From: an uncultured Verrucomicrobiae bacterium
Lineage (GTDB): Bacteria > Verrucomicrobiota > Verrucomicrobiia > Chthoniobacterales > UBA10450
Assembly (NCBI GenBank): GCA_963834385.1
Contig: CAWIBO010000002.1
Span: 1,152,001 to 1,216,000 of the forward strand
DNA length: 64,000 bases
Direction of reading: 5' to 3'
Part shown: one piece after another, positions 54,185 through 64,000 of the stretch
Layout: each line of letters begins with the position of its first letter
How positions within the stretch are numbered: the first letter of the stretch is position 1
The notes under the pieces: model-generated
Database searches by the model: none
What the model was told of the DNA's origin: nothing
The model's input: the letters and a program-made list of their open reading frames with translations, nothing else
Translations under genes and position numbers: made by a program

Positions 54185-54450
54185 TGGTGGAAGTGGGCGG
54201 AAGATGGAAGACGGAGGGAGCGCTTCCGCGTGTCCGATTCCAAAAGCTGAAACGCTAAAAAGCTGACAAGCTGAAATTCGGAGAGGATGAATTAGGGAAC
54301 CCAGGAAAGACCAGGAAGGAAGATAAGGATGGCTCCCCTCTTACTCGTAATCATAATCGTGCTCGTAATCGTCCCCCTGCTTTTTTGAAACGCTGAAATG
54401 AGACGAAGGGATGATTCAGGAAACCAGGAAGGCGGGAAGGGATAGGGTGG
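54185..54450. repeat. Composite repeat array
   Basis: Shares gcgcttccgcgtgtccgattccaaaa with ~51223. Confidence 0.85.
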
Positions 54451-54509
54451 AGATGAGCGGGAGAGCGGAAATAAAAATTTAGGACAGCGGTGATTCCCAA
54501 ACGAGAATC

Positions 54510-55133
54510 ATGCCCAGCATGGAACTTGTCCCGCTGAGAGAAGAGGATGTGGATGCGGCCGCGGCGGCTCTTGCCCGCGCTTTTCAGGATGATCCACTGC
54601 AAAGGTACGTGCTTCCCGACCCGGCGGAGCGCGTCGCCCTTTCGCCGGGACATTTCGCGCCGATTCTTCGTTACGGACTGCGTTTCGGCGAGGTTTGGAC
54701 CACGGAGGGTGCGCCCCTCGGTGCGGCGGTCTGGCTTCCACCCGGCGAATGGGAGGTCACCCCTGAACGCGCCGCCGTGGCCGGGCTCGACCAACTGCCC
54801 CAGGCCATCGGTGAGGCGGCGGCGCAGCGGTTTTTCTCGGTGCTTGGGGCCGTGGAACCATTCCACCGGGAGATTTCGCCGCATTGGTACCTGATGGTCC
54901 TGGGAGTTGCGCCCGAGGGGCAAGGCAGGGGACTGGGGCGGGCACTGGTTCAGCAGGTTTTGCCTCGGGCGGAGGCGGCCCGGGTGCCGTGTTATCTGGA
55001 GACGGCTCAGCCATCCAACGTCGGCTTCTACCAGGGGCTTGGTTTCACCGTGGTCACGTCGGTGGTGGAACCGCAGAGCAACCTGGAGTTGTGGACATTC
55101 CGCCGCGACCCCGGGGGAACCAGCGCCGTTTGA
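54510..55133 (+). CDS. GNAT acetyltransferase
   Basis: HWYLMVLGV, QGRGLG, YLET..NVGFY. Confidence 0.9.
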   Translation: MPSMELVPLREEDVDAAAAALARAFQDDPLQRYVLPDPAERVALSPGHFAPILRYGLRFGEVWTTEGAPLGAAVWLPPGEWEVTPERAAVAGLDQLPQAIGEAAAQRFFSVLGAVEPFHREISPHWYLMVLGVAPEGQGRGLGRALVQQVLPRAEAARVPCYLETAQPSNVGFYQGLGFTVVTSVVEPQSNLELWTFRRDPGGTSAV

Positions 55134-55162
55134 CGACCAGCCAGGAGTTTCCTCCTGCCGTC

Positions 55163-55770
55163 ATGGAAAAGATCGACCTCAGAAAGGAGCTGAAGCAGCT
55201 CTACAAAGTCTCGGCCCGGGAGGTTGTGGAAGTGATGGTGCCGCCGCTCCGTTACCTGATGGTGGATGGGAAAGGCGACCCCAACCGATCGCAGGAATAC
55301 GCGCAGGCGGTGGAAGCGCTCTTCACCGTTTCCTACAAGGCGAAGTTTGCCGTGAAGAAGGGACCGCAGGCGATTGATTACGCGGTCATGCCGCTGGAAG
55401 GCTTGTGGTGGGCGGATGACTGGTCTGCCTTTGCGGCGGGCGACAAGCAGAACTGGAATTGGACGATGATGATCCTGCAGCCGGCCTTTGTGCCGGCGAC
55501 ACCATCAACGAGGCGATCGCCGAGGCCGGGCGAAAGAAGGCTCTACCGGCCCTAAGCAAACTGCGGCTGGAGGAGTTCGCCGAGGGTCGGTGCGCGCAGA
55601 TCCTGCACATCGGTCCGTTTTCGGAGGAAGGCCCCACGATCGCGAAGCTGCACCGGTTCATCGAAGAGCGCGCCAGCCTTGCGGGAAAACATCACGAGAT
55701 TTACCTGAGCGATGTCCGGCGCGCCGATCCGGCAAGATGGAAAACGATCGTGCGACAGCCGATGAAGTGA
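55163..55770 (+). CDS. GyrI-like small-molecule binding protein (frameshift ~55490)
   Basis: PLEGLWW, HIGPFSEE, HHEIYLSD. Confidence 0.88.
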
Positions 55771-55867
55771 CGCCCTTATCCGCTTGCCTTTCGGGAGGCC
55801 GGGCCTCAGAGCAGAGGTGAAGGAAAGGTCACCGGGTTCGGGCGAACCCCCAGGGACCGCACCGCGA

Positions 55868-56305
55868 ATGAAAAATCAAATCTGCCTTCTCCTCCTCGCG
55901 CTCTCTCACCTGGCGGCGACCTCGATCCTCGCCGAAACGGAAACACCGGAGGCGAACGAGCAACGGGTGCGGGATTATGTGGCGGCCTTCAACCGGCACG
56001 ACCTCGACACGATGCTCAGCATGGTCACGGAAGAGATCCAGTGGCTGAGCGCGGCGGGCGACAAGATCACGGTCGAGACCCAGGGCAAGGCAAAGCTGCG
56101 CGAGAGCATGGAGGCTTATTTCAAATCAACGCCCAGCGTGAAATCGGAGCTGGAGTGGGTGAAGGCAACGGCGTCACGCGTGGCGGCGCTGGAGCGGGCG
56201 GCCTGGCAGGGCAAGTCCGGCCCGAGATCGCAGGCCAGCCTCTCCGTCTATGAGTTCGATGGAAAACTGATTTCCAGGGTCTATTATTTCCCCGCTGAGA
56301 AATGA
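55868..56305 (+). CDS. Secreted NTF2/SnoaL-like protein
   Basis: Signal peptide; YVAAFNRHDLD. Confidence 0.8.
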   Translation: MKNQICLLLLALSHLAATSILAETETPEANEQRVRDYVAAFNRHDLDTMLSMVTEEIQWLSAAGDKITVETQGKAKLRESMEAYFKSTPSVKSELEWVKATASRVAALERAAWQGKSGPRSQASLSVYEFDGKLISRVYYFPAEK

Positions 56306-56329
56306 GGCGGTCGCGCCGCCCTTCAACCC

Positions 56330-56987
56330 ATGGATCATGCCGACTTCTCCAACCTGATGGCACGGACGGAGTCACCGGTGGTGCTGCTCGAGGGGACGCG
56401 GGAGCTTCCACCGGCGCAGGCGGGTGACCTGACTGCGTTTGCGGCGCATCTGGCGCACACCTATCCGACGCGCGCGTTTTCGCACCGGGAACGCCCGCGG
56501 CTCGGACGAGGCCTTCGCCAGGGGCGTGGCTGGGGTCGACGCTTCCCGGCTCGAGTTCGTGCTGCCCTATGCCACGCATCGCCGGGGACAGCGCCCGGCC
56601 GAGTCACGCGTCACGGCCATTGACGATATTTCCGCGGCCTGCGCGAACGAGGTGATCGACGCCACCGTGGCGGCTTCACCGCAGTATGAACGCGTGGCGG
56701 TAAATTATCGCCGGCGCACCACGCATCCCCGGCAGCGGGCGACGGCCCAGCTTATCCTGCGGGACACCCTCAAGGTCACGGGAACGGCCACCTTTCGGCC
56801 ACCCGTTGCCGGCATCTTTTTTGTGAACGCGGCTGACCCTGAGCGCGGCGGGACCGGTCACACCATGCGCGTCTGCCGGTCGCAGGGAGTGCCGGTGATC
56901 AACCAGTTTCAATGGCTGGAATGGCCCTATGGAAGGACCTCGCATGAATCCTCAGACCAGCTCTTCTTCTCGCGGCGACGGTCCTGA
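56330..56987 (+). CDS. SLOG/DprA-like Rossmann-fold protein (frameshift ~56470; end uncertain)
   Basis: EGTR, TGNARGSD, GGTGHT. Confidence 0.6.
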
Positions 56988-57424
56988 TGTTCCTGCCGGG
57001 CATCGTTCGCTCCGGCGAACCGCCCACCTCGGAGGAAGCGAAGAAGATTGAAGCCCTGGTGATCAAGGCGGCGGCGCTGGTCGAGGAGCGGGGGAAAGCT
57101 GCGGCCTTCGCCGAGTTCAGCAAGCGCGACAGTGCATGGTGGCACGGCAACACCTACCTATTCGCCTACGACCAGGAGCTGAATGTCCTGCTGAACCCGG
57201 CGTTTCCGCAACGGGTTGGGACCAACCCTCGCGGTCAGAAGGATGCCAACGGCAAGGCTTTTCACGATGAGTTTCTGCGGGTGATCCAGACAAGCGGTTC
57301 CGGCTGGGTGGACTACCTGTTTCCCCGGCCGGGCCAGACCAAGCCGTCGTCCAAGTGGAGTTACGTGACGAAGGTGAACATCGACGGGCAGCCGGGCATC
57401 ATCGGCGCGGGATTTTACCCGTGA
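56944..57424 (+). CDS. Stand-alone Cache domain protein
   Basis: YLFAYD, KDANGK, GWVDY, GAGFY; 5' end probably frameshifted. Confidence 0.8.
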
Positions 57425-57521
57425 CGGAGCGGGTCGCGTGGCCGGGTGGGGCCGCGATTATCAGGCCGCTCTCTTGCATTGACAGGACGGACTCGAATAC
57501 CGCTTATCGTCGGGGCAACCC

Positions 57522-57950
57522 ATGACAATCCTTCGAAATATCGCGGCCGTGGTGATCGGCATCGTGCTGGGCAGCGCGTTGAACATGTTTCTCGTGACGA
57601 TGGGGTCGAAGATGGTCCCGCCGCCGCCTGGCCTGAACATGGCCGACCCACAAAGCCTCTCAACGCTCGGTCATCTGCTTGAGCCGAAACATTTTGTCTT
57701 CCCGTTCCTGGCGCACGCGCTTGGCACTTTTTTCGGTGCGTTTGCCGCGCACGTGGCCGGCACCGGGCGACGTTCCCTATTGAGTTACATCGTCGCGGGC
57801 ATGTTCCTCATTGGCGGGATCATGGCGGCGTTCATGATCCCGGCCCCGGCCTGGTTCCTGGCGGCTGATCTTGTTTTGGCCTACATCCCGATGGCCTGGC
57901 TGGCCACCCGCCTTGGTTACCGGGTGCGCGGTCCGGTGAGCAGCGTTTAA
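57522..57950 (+). CDS. Membrane protein
   Basis: Four TM helices; FPFLAHALGT. Confidence 0.8.
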   Translation: MTILRNIAAVVIGIVLGSALNMFLVTMGSKMVPPPPGLNMADPQSLSTLGHLLEPKHFVFPFLAHALGTFFGAFAAHVAGTGRRSLLSYIVAGMFLIGGIMAAFMIPAPAWFLAADLVLAYIPMAWLATRLGYRVRGPVSSV

Positions 57951-57983
57951 TCGCCAGCAGGCCTTGCGCGCGCAAACAGGCAG

Positions 57984-58505
57984 ATGAACGCGCTCCCGAT
58001 TGTCGTTCTCCTGGCGGTGACGGCGACGATAAGTGCGGCCGGCGCTGAGACCATCCACTACGCCACGTTCACCGGCGAAAATTACTCGGTGAAAAAATGG
58101 CACAGCGCCCCGTTGGCCCTCTTCAAAAAGACGCAGCCCGAAAACGTTTTTGATTCGTACACCGTTCATCCGGGCCGGGATGGAACGATCGTTGTCCGGC
58201 GTGAATACGCGACACCGTCCGGCGACTGGCGTTTTGAATTCACCTATACCTACGGTGACGATCGGCGCCTGCGCAGGATGCGTTCCGAGCTTTTTACTTT
58301 TGGCGGTCTCGACGCCTCCGGCGAGGCGCAGGGGTTTACCCGGTGCATTCGCACCTTTACGGTCGCGCCTGACGGAACGATGCGGAAGATTTCTGAACGC
58401 GTCGTGGACGAGAAGACCGGCCGGAGAGTGACACGGCATTTTCATGAACCTGCAGTGGAACACTGGATGACGCTGGACGAACTCCCGATCTCACCCGCGC
58501 CATGA
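57984..58505 (+). CDS. Secreted hypothetical protein
   Basis: Signal peptide; co-oriented with neighbours. Confidence 0.6.
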   Translation: MNALPIVVLLAVTATISAAGAETIHYATFTGENYSVKKWHSAPLALFKKTQPENVFDSYTVHPGRDGTIVVRREYATPSGDWRFEFTYTYGDDRRLRRMRSELFTFGGLDASGEAQGFTRCIRTFTVAPDGTMRKISERVVDEKTGRRVTRHFHEPAVEHWMTLDELPISPAP

Positions 58506-58627
58506 TCAGGCTCCCCGGTTCCCTTGCGCCTGTCGAAACCTCGCCGGGCAGGAATGTTGTCCTTCGGCCGACGACTTCTGTATGCTGGGCGTGCTTGTGA
58601 AAGTTTCGCACCCCAAACGAACAGAAA

Positions 58628-59023
58628 GTGGTCCGGCGAAAGGGGACGGATCTGCGCGCGGCGCTCGCCTCGGCGCCCAAGGCGAAGGCGCAATGGGACC
58701 AACTGACGCCGATCGCCCGGCGCGATTTTGAGAGCTGGATCGCCGCGGCGAAAAAGGAGGAAACCCGCCAGGGCCGGATCAGGAAAGCCTGCTCGATGCT
58801 GGCGGCCGGGAAGAAGAGGCCCTGCTGTTACTCCATCGTTTCGCTTGATCTTCATCTTGCGCTCAAGGCGACGCCGAAGGCAAAGGCCCGGTGGAGCGAG
58901 CTGACGCCGGATGAACGCCGGGATTTCATCGGCTGGATGGACGCCGCCAAAGACAAGGAAGCGCATCGCCGCCGGATCGAGCAAGCGTGCGCGCTGCTCG
59001 CCGCCGGAAAACGACAACCATGA
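58628..59023 (+). CDS. YdeI/OmdA-like protein (two repeats)
   Basis: Duplicated W..LTP..RRDF..W..AAK..E...RI. Confidence 0.8.
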   Translation: MVRRKGTDLRAALASAPKAKAQWDQLTPIARRDFESWIAAAKKEETRQGRIRKACSMLAAGKKRPCCYSIVSLDLHLALKATPKAKARWSELTPDERRDFIGWMDAAKDKEAHRRRIEQACALLAAGKRQP

Positions 59024-59427
59024 AGAAATCCAGACCCGCGCCGGCCAGCGCCCGGAAAGCGGCAGGCAAACGTCCCACGACGATTCCCGAGTATATCCGG
59101 GGCGCGCCGCCGGCGGGTCAGCCGCATCTTCGGCGGCTCTACGAGATTCTCAAAAGCGTCGCGCCGAAAGCGGAGGAGACGATCAAGTGGGGCAACCCGT
59201 TCTTCATCGAGCCCCGGTTCGTTTTCGCGTTCTCCGCGCACAAGGCGCATTGCAGTTTCGCGCCCGGGACGGCGGCGCTGGAGGTTTTCCGCAAGGAACT
59301 GTCCGAACACCAGACCACCGCGAACTATCTCAAGGTGCCTTACGACCAGCCGCTGCCGGAAAAGCTGATCCGCCGGATCGCGCAGTATCGGATGGAGCAC
59401 ATGGGCGAAGGCGATTCCTTCTGGTGA
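59020..59427 (+). CDS. DUF1801 (YdhG-like) protein
   Basis: AEETIKWGNP, DQPLPEKLI. Confidence 0.85.
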   Translation: MKKSRPAPASARKAAGKRPTTIPEYIRGAPPAGQPHLRRLYEILKSVAPKAEETIKWGNPFFIEPRFVFAFSAHKAHCSFAPGTAALEVFRKELSEHQTTANYLKVPYDQPLPEKLIRRIAQYRMEHMGEGDSFW

Positions 59428-59499
59428 AAAACCCGTGGAAGGAGTCTCCCGTGGCAGTCGGAAGCAAAGACCGACTTTAGGACAAAACGAGGTGCAATC

Positions 59500-59690
59500 A
59501 TGACCAATGCCCGACAACGCGCGATCGTCCGATGGATCCACATCATCTTCGGGCTCCCAATCATCGGCTACATTTACGGACCGCCCGAGGAAGTGGCGCC
59601 ATACGCGCCGATGTTTCAGTTCGTATTTGTTCCCGTGATTGTTCTCTCGGGACTCTGGATGTGGAAAGGCGAGGCGGTTCGCCGGTTGTT
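59500..59690 (+). pseudogene. Small two-TM protein lacking its native stop
   Basis: RWIH..GYIY..SGLWMWK; reads through into the antisense of the next gene (ORF ends 59943). Confidence 0.5.
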
Positions 59691-60686
59691 TTTGCTGGCG
59701 CTTACCGGCACGATGACGCCGGTGGCAATGTTGAAATCAACGCTGCCACCACTGGTGATCGAGAGAGGGGTGGCAGTGAGGATGGAATGCCCGATGCCAT
59801 CTTCGACCAGGACGAGGCCCGGGTTGCTCGCGAGCATGCGACCCACGTCGTTCTGCTGGTGCCCGGGCTGCCCATTGTTCGAATCACCCGAGCGCCAGGT
59901 GAAACGCTGGCGACCATCGGCCTGGCCCATGATGGCAACATAAGAGCCGTTGCCGGCGGCGTTATCGCCGAGGGAATACTCGTTCACTGCCGTGTCCATG
60001 CTGTAGTCGCTCTGGTGGGTCAGGTTGTAGGCGTGCCCGTTTTCGTGCGCCGCGATTGTCCCGATGTAGTTGCCGTTGATGATGCCGCCCGTGGCGGCGC
60101 CGGCCTGCGCCTCCGTGAACATCCAATTGGTGTGATTGCCTCCTGAGGACGTGGTCGAATTGACGCCCAGGCCGGAGACACCGTCGGCATCATTGCTATA
60201 CCATTTCACCGTTCCGCCCATGCCATTGTCGCGCACCTGCGAGCCAATCACCGTGTGCATCAGGTTGGTTTGCGAATCGTAATACGCCTGGCGCATCGCA
60301 TCGGTGCCGGCCATGCCGGCGGCGACGGCCGGATCGATCGTGGTCACATTGACGTTGAACGGTGCGTAGGATTGCGCCATGCGCGCCCAAAGAATCTTGA
60401 TCTGCTCCTGTTCCGTCGCGTTAAAGGTGCCGGTGCTGGCGACGTCGTTCAGAGAAGGGGTGAAGCCTGGGGTCTGACCGTTCCACTGCCCATCGAAATT
60501 GAAGCCGGCCACATTAAGGTAAATGGTGAAAGGCGCTCCCGGGTTGCTGCTCAGTTCCGGGACCCCTCCGGTATGATCTTCGGCGTGGAGCGAGGTAAGA
60601 AACAGGAGGAGGGCTGCTGCGGCCAGGGCTCGGATCGAAAGCCGCGAAAAAGTGAATTGCCTGTGTCGGGAGGAGGAGGTGTGCAT
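59690..60686 (-). pseudogene. Secreted metzincin metalloprotease, 3'-truncated
   Basis: HENGHAYNLTH plus IMG Met-turn; ORF continues into the neighbour's antisense to 59616. Confidence 0.6.
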
Positions 60687-60958
60687 TTGGAAAGTCCGAG
60701 AAAACGGGAAATTTAATGGGAGCACAAGCGAATTTGGAAATTTAATAGTAATAAGTTTCTCATATTCGGATATTTGTGTTTTGAGCCCCGGTTCTTTCGC
60801 GCTCCCGCGAGAAATCCGCAGTCTGTGGGAAACGTCGAGCGAGGCCTGGGCAGAGGCGATTTTTTCGGTTGCGCCCGCGGGCCGGCCCGGCTCGGGGAAA
60901 ACAAGAGAAGGCGCGAATGTTTTGGACGAATCGCACCCGGAACGGAATTAATCGTTCC

Positions 60959-61330
60959 ATGCCAGAGATCGAGGTCATCCTGAAACGGTTCGAGTCACCC
61001 GATGAAGTCCGGGTGATGACGAAAGGGCGTTTCGAGCTGGTGCACCTGGGCGGGGTGACCATTGGGCGGGCCACCTACGAGCCCGGCTGGAAATGGAGCG
61101 AACATGTCGGGCCTGGCCTGGGCGCGAGCCGATGCCACGTCCCGCACGTCGGGCTGGTCCTCTCCGGCACGGCCACGGCGGCCTTTGACGACGGGACCGT
61201 TTACGAATTGAAAGCCGGCGAGCTGTTTTACATCCCGCCCACGCCGCACGACAGCTGGGTGGTGGGCAACGAGCGGTATGTCTCGCTCCATTTCCTCGGC
61301 GCGGAAAAGTACGCCACCCCCAAGAAGTGA
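60959..61330 (+). CDS. Cupin domain protein
   Basis: EPGWKWS, CHVPH, PHDSWVVG. Confidence 0.88.
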   Translation: MPEIEVILKRFESPDEVRVMTKGRFELVHLGGVTIGRATYEPGWKWSEHVGPGLGASRCHVPHVGLVLSGTATAAFDDGTVYELKAGELFYIPPTPHDSWVVGNERYVSLHFLGAEKYATPKK

Positions 61331-61351
61331 GGCCGCCGGGCCGGACGACGG

Positions 61352-62281
61352 TCAGGCCAGCCGGCGCAACGCGTTCATGTTCACCACGTCTTCCTTCAGC
61401 TCTTTTCCTTTCGGTGTCTCGAGCACCTTGGGCAGACGGGCCAGGCGGCGGTCCTGCATGATGAACCGGAAAGCCGGGAGCCCGATCCGGCCTTTCCCGA
61501 TATGCTCATGCCGATCGACGCGGGAACCTCGCTCCGTTTTGGAATCGTTCAGGTGCAGGGCGACAAGGCGGTCCAGGCCGATGACCCGGTCGAACTCGCG
61601 GAAGACTTTCCTGGTCGATTCCTCGGTCGCGAGGTCGTAGCCCGCGGCGAAGACGTGCGCGGTATCGAGGCAAACGCAGAGCCGTTCCGGTTCGCGGACA
61701 TTCTCGATGAGGTGCGCAATCTCCTCGAAGGTGCAGCCAAGGCAGGAGCCCTGGCCGGCGGTGGTCTCGAGGGCGATGCGCGTTTTCACCTTCGGCAGGA
61801 CGGCGTGAACCGCGTCGATCGACTGGACAATGCGCTCGAGCCCGGCCTCGATCCCGGCGCCGAGATGGGCGCCCGGGTGAAGGACAAGGAACGGCAGTTC
61901 GAGCTGGTCAGCCCGGGTCAGTTCCTCGGCGAGGGCGCGGAGCGAGTTGGCGTGGAACTGCGGGTTGGTCGCGGCCAGGTTGATGAGGTAGTTGGCGTGG
62001 GCAAATGCCGCAGTGATCTCGCGCCGTTGCGCGTGCTCGAGGAAGGCGCGGATCTCCTCCGGGGCAAGGGGCCGGGCGAACCACTGCATGTTGTTCTTCA
62101 CGAAGATCTGCATGGCGGTGCACTTGATGGAACAGGCGCGCTCGATGGCGCGGTGGGCGCCGCCCCCGATCGACATATGCGCGCCGAGAAGATGCGCAGT
62201 GCCCGTCTTGCGGGGTTCCGACCGGCCCGAGGCCTTTCGCGCGCCGCCCGCGGGGGCTTTGGCTTTTCTGGCCGCGGGCAT
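61352..62281 (-). CDS. nfo: Endonuclease IV
   Basis: GAHMS, HANYLINLA, LETTAGQG, DTAH, HLNDSK, DRHEHIG. Confidence 0.95.
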   Translation of the reverse strand: MPAARKAKAPAGGARKASGRSEPRKTGTAHLLGAHMSIGGGAHRAIERACSIKCTAMQIFVKNNMQWFARPLAPEEIRAFLEHAQRREITAAFAHANYLINLAATNPQFHANSLRALAEELTRADQLELPFLVLHPGAHLGAGIEAGLERIVQSIDAVHAVLPKVKTRIALETTAGQGSCLGCTFEEIAHLIENVREPERLCVCLDTAHVFAAGYDLATEESTRKVFREFDRVIGLDRLVALHLNDSKTERGSRVDRHEHIGKGRIGLPAFRFIMQDRRLARLPKVLETPKGKELKEDVVNMNALRRLA

Positions 62282-62283
62282 TG

Positions 62284-64000
62284 CTAGAAATTCTTGGCGT
62301 GCCACCGCGGGTTCGCCAGCGGACCTTCGCCTTTGTACTCGAAAAACTTGTAGACCGGGGTGAGCACGATTCCGAGCCCGCTGGCGTCGAGCCGCATGTC
62401 GAAATCGAGCCTGTCGTCCAGGAAATGGATGTCGCCGCGCCCGAGCATGCTGAAAAGCCGGCCGGCGATCTTGACGTTGTCGGTGTGGATGACGCCGTCC
62501 GCGAGGGTGAAACTGGCGGTGGCCTGGCGGGCAATGCTGTAGCCCGATCCCGGGATAATGGCGCTAAGAAGGCCGGAGAGCGGGCCGAAGATGGGGATGG
62601 CAAAGACATCGCCGTTCACCACCTTGATCTCGCCCTGGCCCCGCATCTGGCGGGCGTCATCGCCGAACCCGGAGAAGGCGTAGGTTCCGCTGAGAACGCC
62701 GCGGGAGGATTTGTAACCGAAATAAAGATCGGTTAGTCGCGGGAAATCGACCCCTTCGACCGCGACGGTGGCGGTATGGCGCGGGTCACCGCGCGCCAGC
62801 GAGATATCGGCGGTGCCGCGGACGTTTCCCCCGAAGAGCCGGCCGTTCACTTCCACCAACTGGAGACGGTCGTCGGTGAAGAGGAGCTGGCCGTTCACGC
62901 TCTCAAAGGGCAGGGAACGCTTGAGAAAGGTGTAATCCATCCCGCGGGGAGCGTTCACCGACAGCGCGAGGCGGGTGTTCTTGCCGCCGCGAAACTGGAC
63001 CACGCCATCGACGGTGACCCGGGGCGGCTGGCGGAACCGGTAGGGCTCGATGTCCGGGGCGATCTTCGGCTCGATCCAGTGGATCACTTCCGCCGGACGC
63101 AGGGTGGACTCGACGCCTGTGATCCGGACCTCGTGCCGGGCGAAGTCGTAGACGAAAGAGCCGGTACCGACGCCTTCATCGCGCGTGATCCGAAAATCAT
63201 CGTAGTGGACCGCGCCCTCCGCGAAGCGAACCTGCGCGGTGGCACTGTTCATCCAGTAACCGCGAAACTTTGTCCTGGGCAGCGCGAGCGTGCCTTCCCC
63301 GCGCCATGTCTCCGGGCGGCGGGAAGCGCCGCGGATCGCCATCTGCACCGCGGGCGGCCCGGTCCATTCCCATTCCTTCAGGAAATTTTGCAGACCGGGT
63401 GAGAGCAGGGGGAGGAGGGCCACCGGGGAGATGCCGCCGTCGAGGTCGAGCCGGAAATCGCCCGGCGCATCGAGCAGCTGGGCCCGGAGCGTGCCGGTGG
63501 GCTGTGTGATCTCGATGTCGCGCAGGAGGGTGCGGCGGCCGTCCCACGAAAAATCGGCGGAGAGCGCGGTGAACGGAACCGCCTCAAGGCTGAAATTGGT
63601 GACTTCGAGGCGTCCGACGAGGCTGCCGCTTTTCTCCGTGGCGGTGGAGAAGCTGCCCGCCAGCTCGAGGCGTTGTTCGCCGGTCACGGTGATTTTCTCG
63701 AGGTTTTCCCGGAAACCGGCCGCGACCAGCGCGCCGGCGAGATCGGCCGTGCTTCGCAATTGCAGACGGGCCCGCTCTTCCCGTGGACCCCAGGAACCGC
63801 TGGCCACGAGCTCACCGCGCGCATCCTTCCATTGCAGCGCGGAGATGGTGAGCCGCTGTTCGCTCCAGTCGGCCCGCGCCAGGAAATCGCGGAAGGCATA
63901 GCCACCGAAATCGGCCTGGTCGCAGGTGAGCGCGGCGGTGATGTGGGCCTTTTCCATGGCGGCGATGTCTCCGCGAAAAGCGACCTGGAGATGCGGCGCC
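62284..64000 (-). CDS. AsmA-like protein (5' partial)
   Basis: Repeating beta-strand pattern; C-terminal GPLANPRW. Confidence 0.75.
   Translation of the reverse strand, partial: APHLQVAFRGDIAAMEKAHITAALTCDQADFGGYAFRDFLARADWSEQRLTISALQWKDARGELVASGSWGPREERARLQLRSTADLAGALVAAGFRENLEKITVTGEQRLELAGSFSTATEKSGSLVGRLEVTNFSLEAVPFTALSADFSWDGRRTLLRDIEITQPTGTLRAQLLDAPGDFRLDLDGGISPVALLPLLSPGLQNFLKEWEWTGPPAVQMAIRGASRRPETWRGEGTLALPRTKFRGYWMNSATAQVRFAEGAVHYDDFRITRDEGVGTGSFVYDFARHEVRITGVESTLRPAEVIHWIEPKIAPDIEPYRFRQPPRVTVDGVVQFRGGKNTRLALSVNAPRGMDYTFLKRSLPFESVNGQLLFTDDRLQLVEVNGRLFGGNVRGTADISLARGDPRHTATVAVEGVDFPRLTDLYFGYKSSRGVLSGTYAFSGFGDDARQMRGQGEIKVVNGDVFAIPIFGPLSGLLSAIIPGSGYSIARQATASFTLADGVIHTDNVKIAGRLFSMLGRGDIHFLDDRLDFDMRLDASGLGIVLTPVYKFFEYKGEGPLANPRWHAKNF

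Noticed and set aside
54510..59690. Intact integron/attC array
   Set aside because: No RYYYAAC...GTTRRRY palindromes found between genes; no integrase

Overview
High-GC bacterial chromosomal segment. Gene content (DUF5069-like protein, '[12 protein letters not shown]' repeat-domain protein, GH75, DUF4870) suggests Verrucomicrobiota, probably Chthoniobacterales; this is inferred, not searched. Housekeeping loci (gdhA, lysA, rpsO-pnp, glmM, scpB, ppk2, rpmE-prfA-prmC-murA, nfo, AsmA-like) alternate with accessory genes. About 13 genes carry apparent frameshifts, most likely long-read errors. No rRNA, tRNA, CRISPR, transposase or integrase was seen. Most striking: (1) about 8 intergenic arrays built from a shared kit of GTAG/GGAG REP hairpins plus 6-, 7-, 8- and 9-nt-period mini-repeat modules, which resemble their nearest neighbours, bracket a gene as direct repeats and invade coding sequences; (2) a DUF2946/CruR-like leader ORF ending in EHAPP ahead of a ZnuD-like TonB receptor; (3) a GluR0-like channel with a non-canonical pore filter. 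Family names come from motif recognition only.
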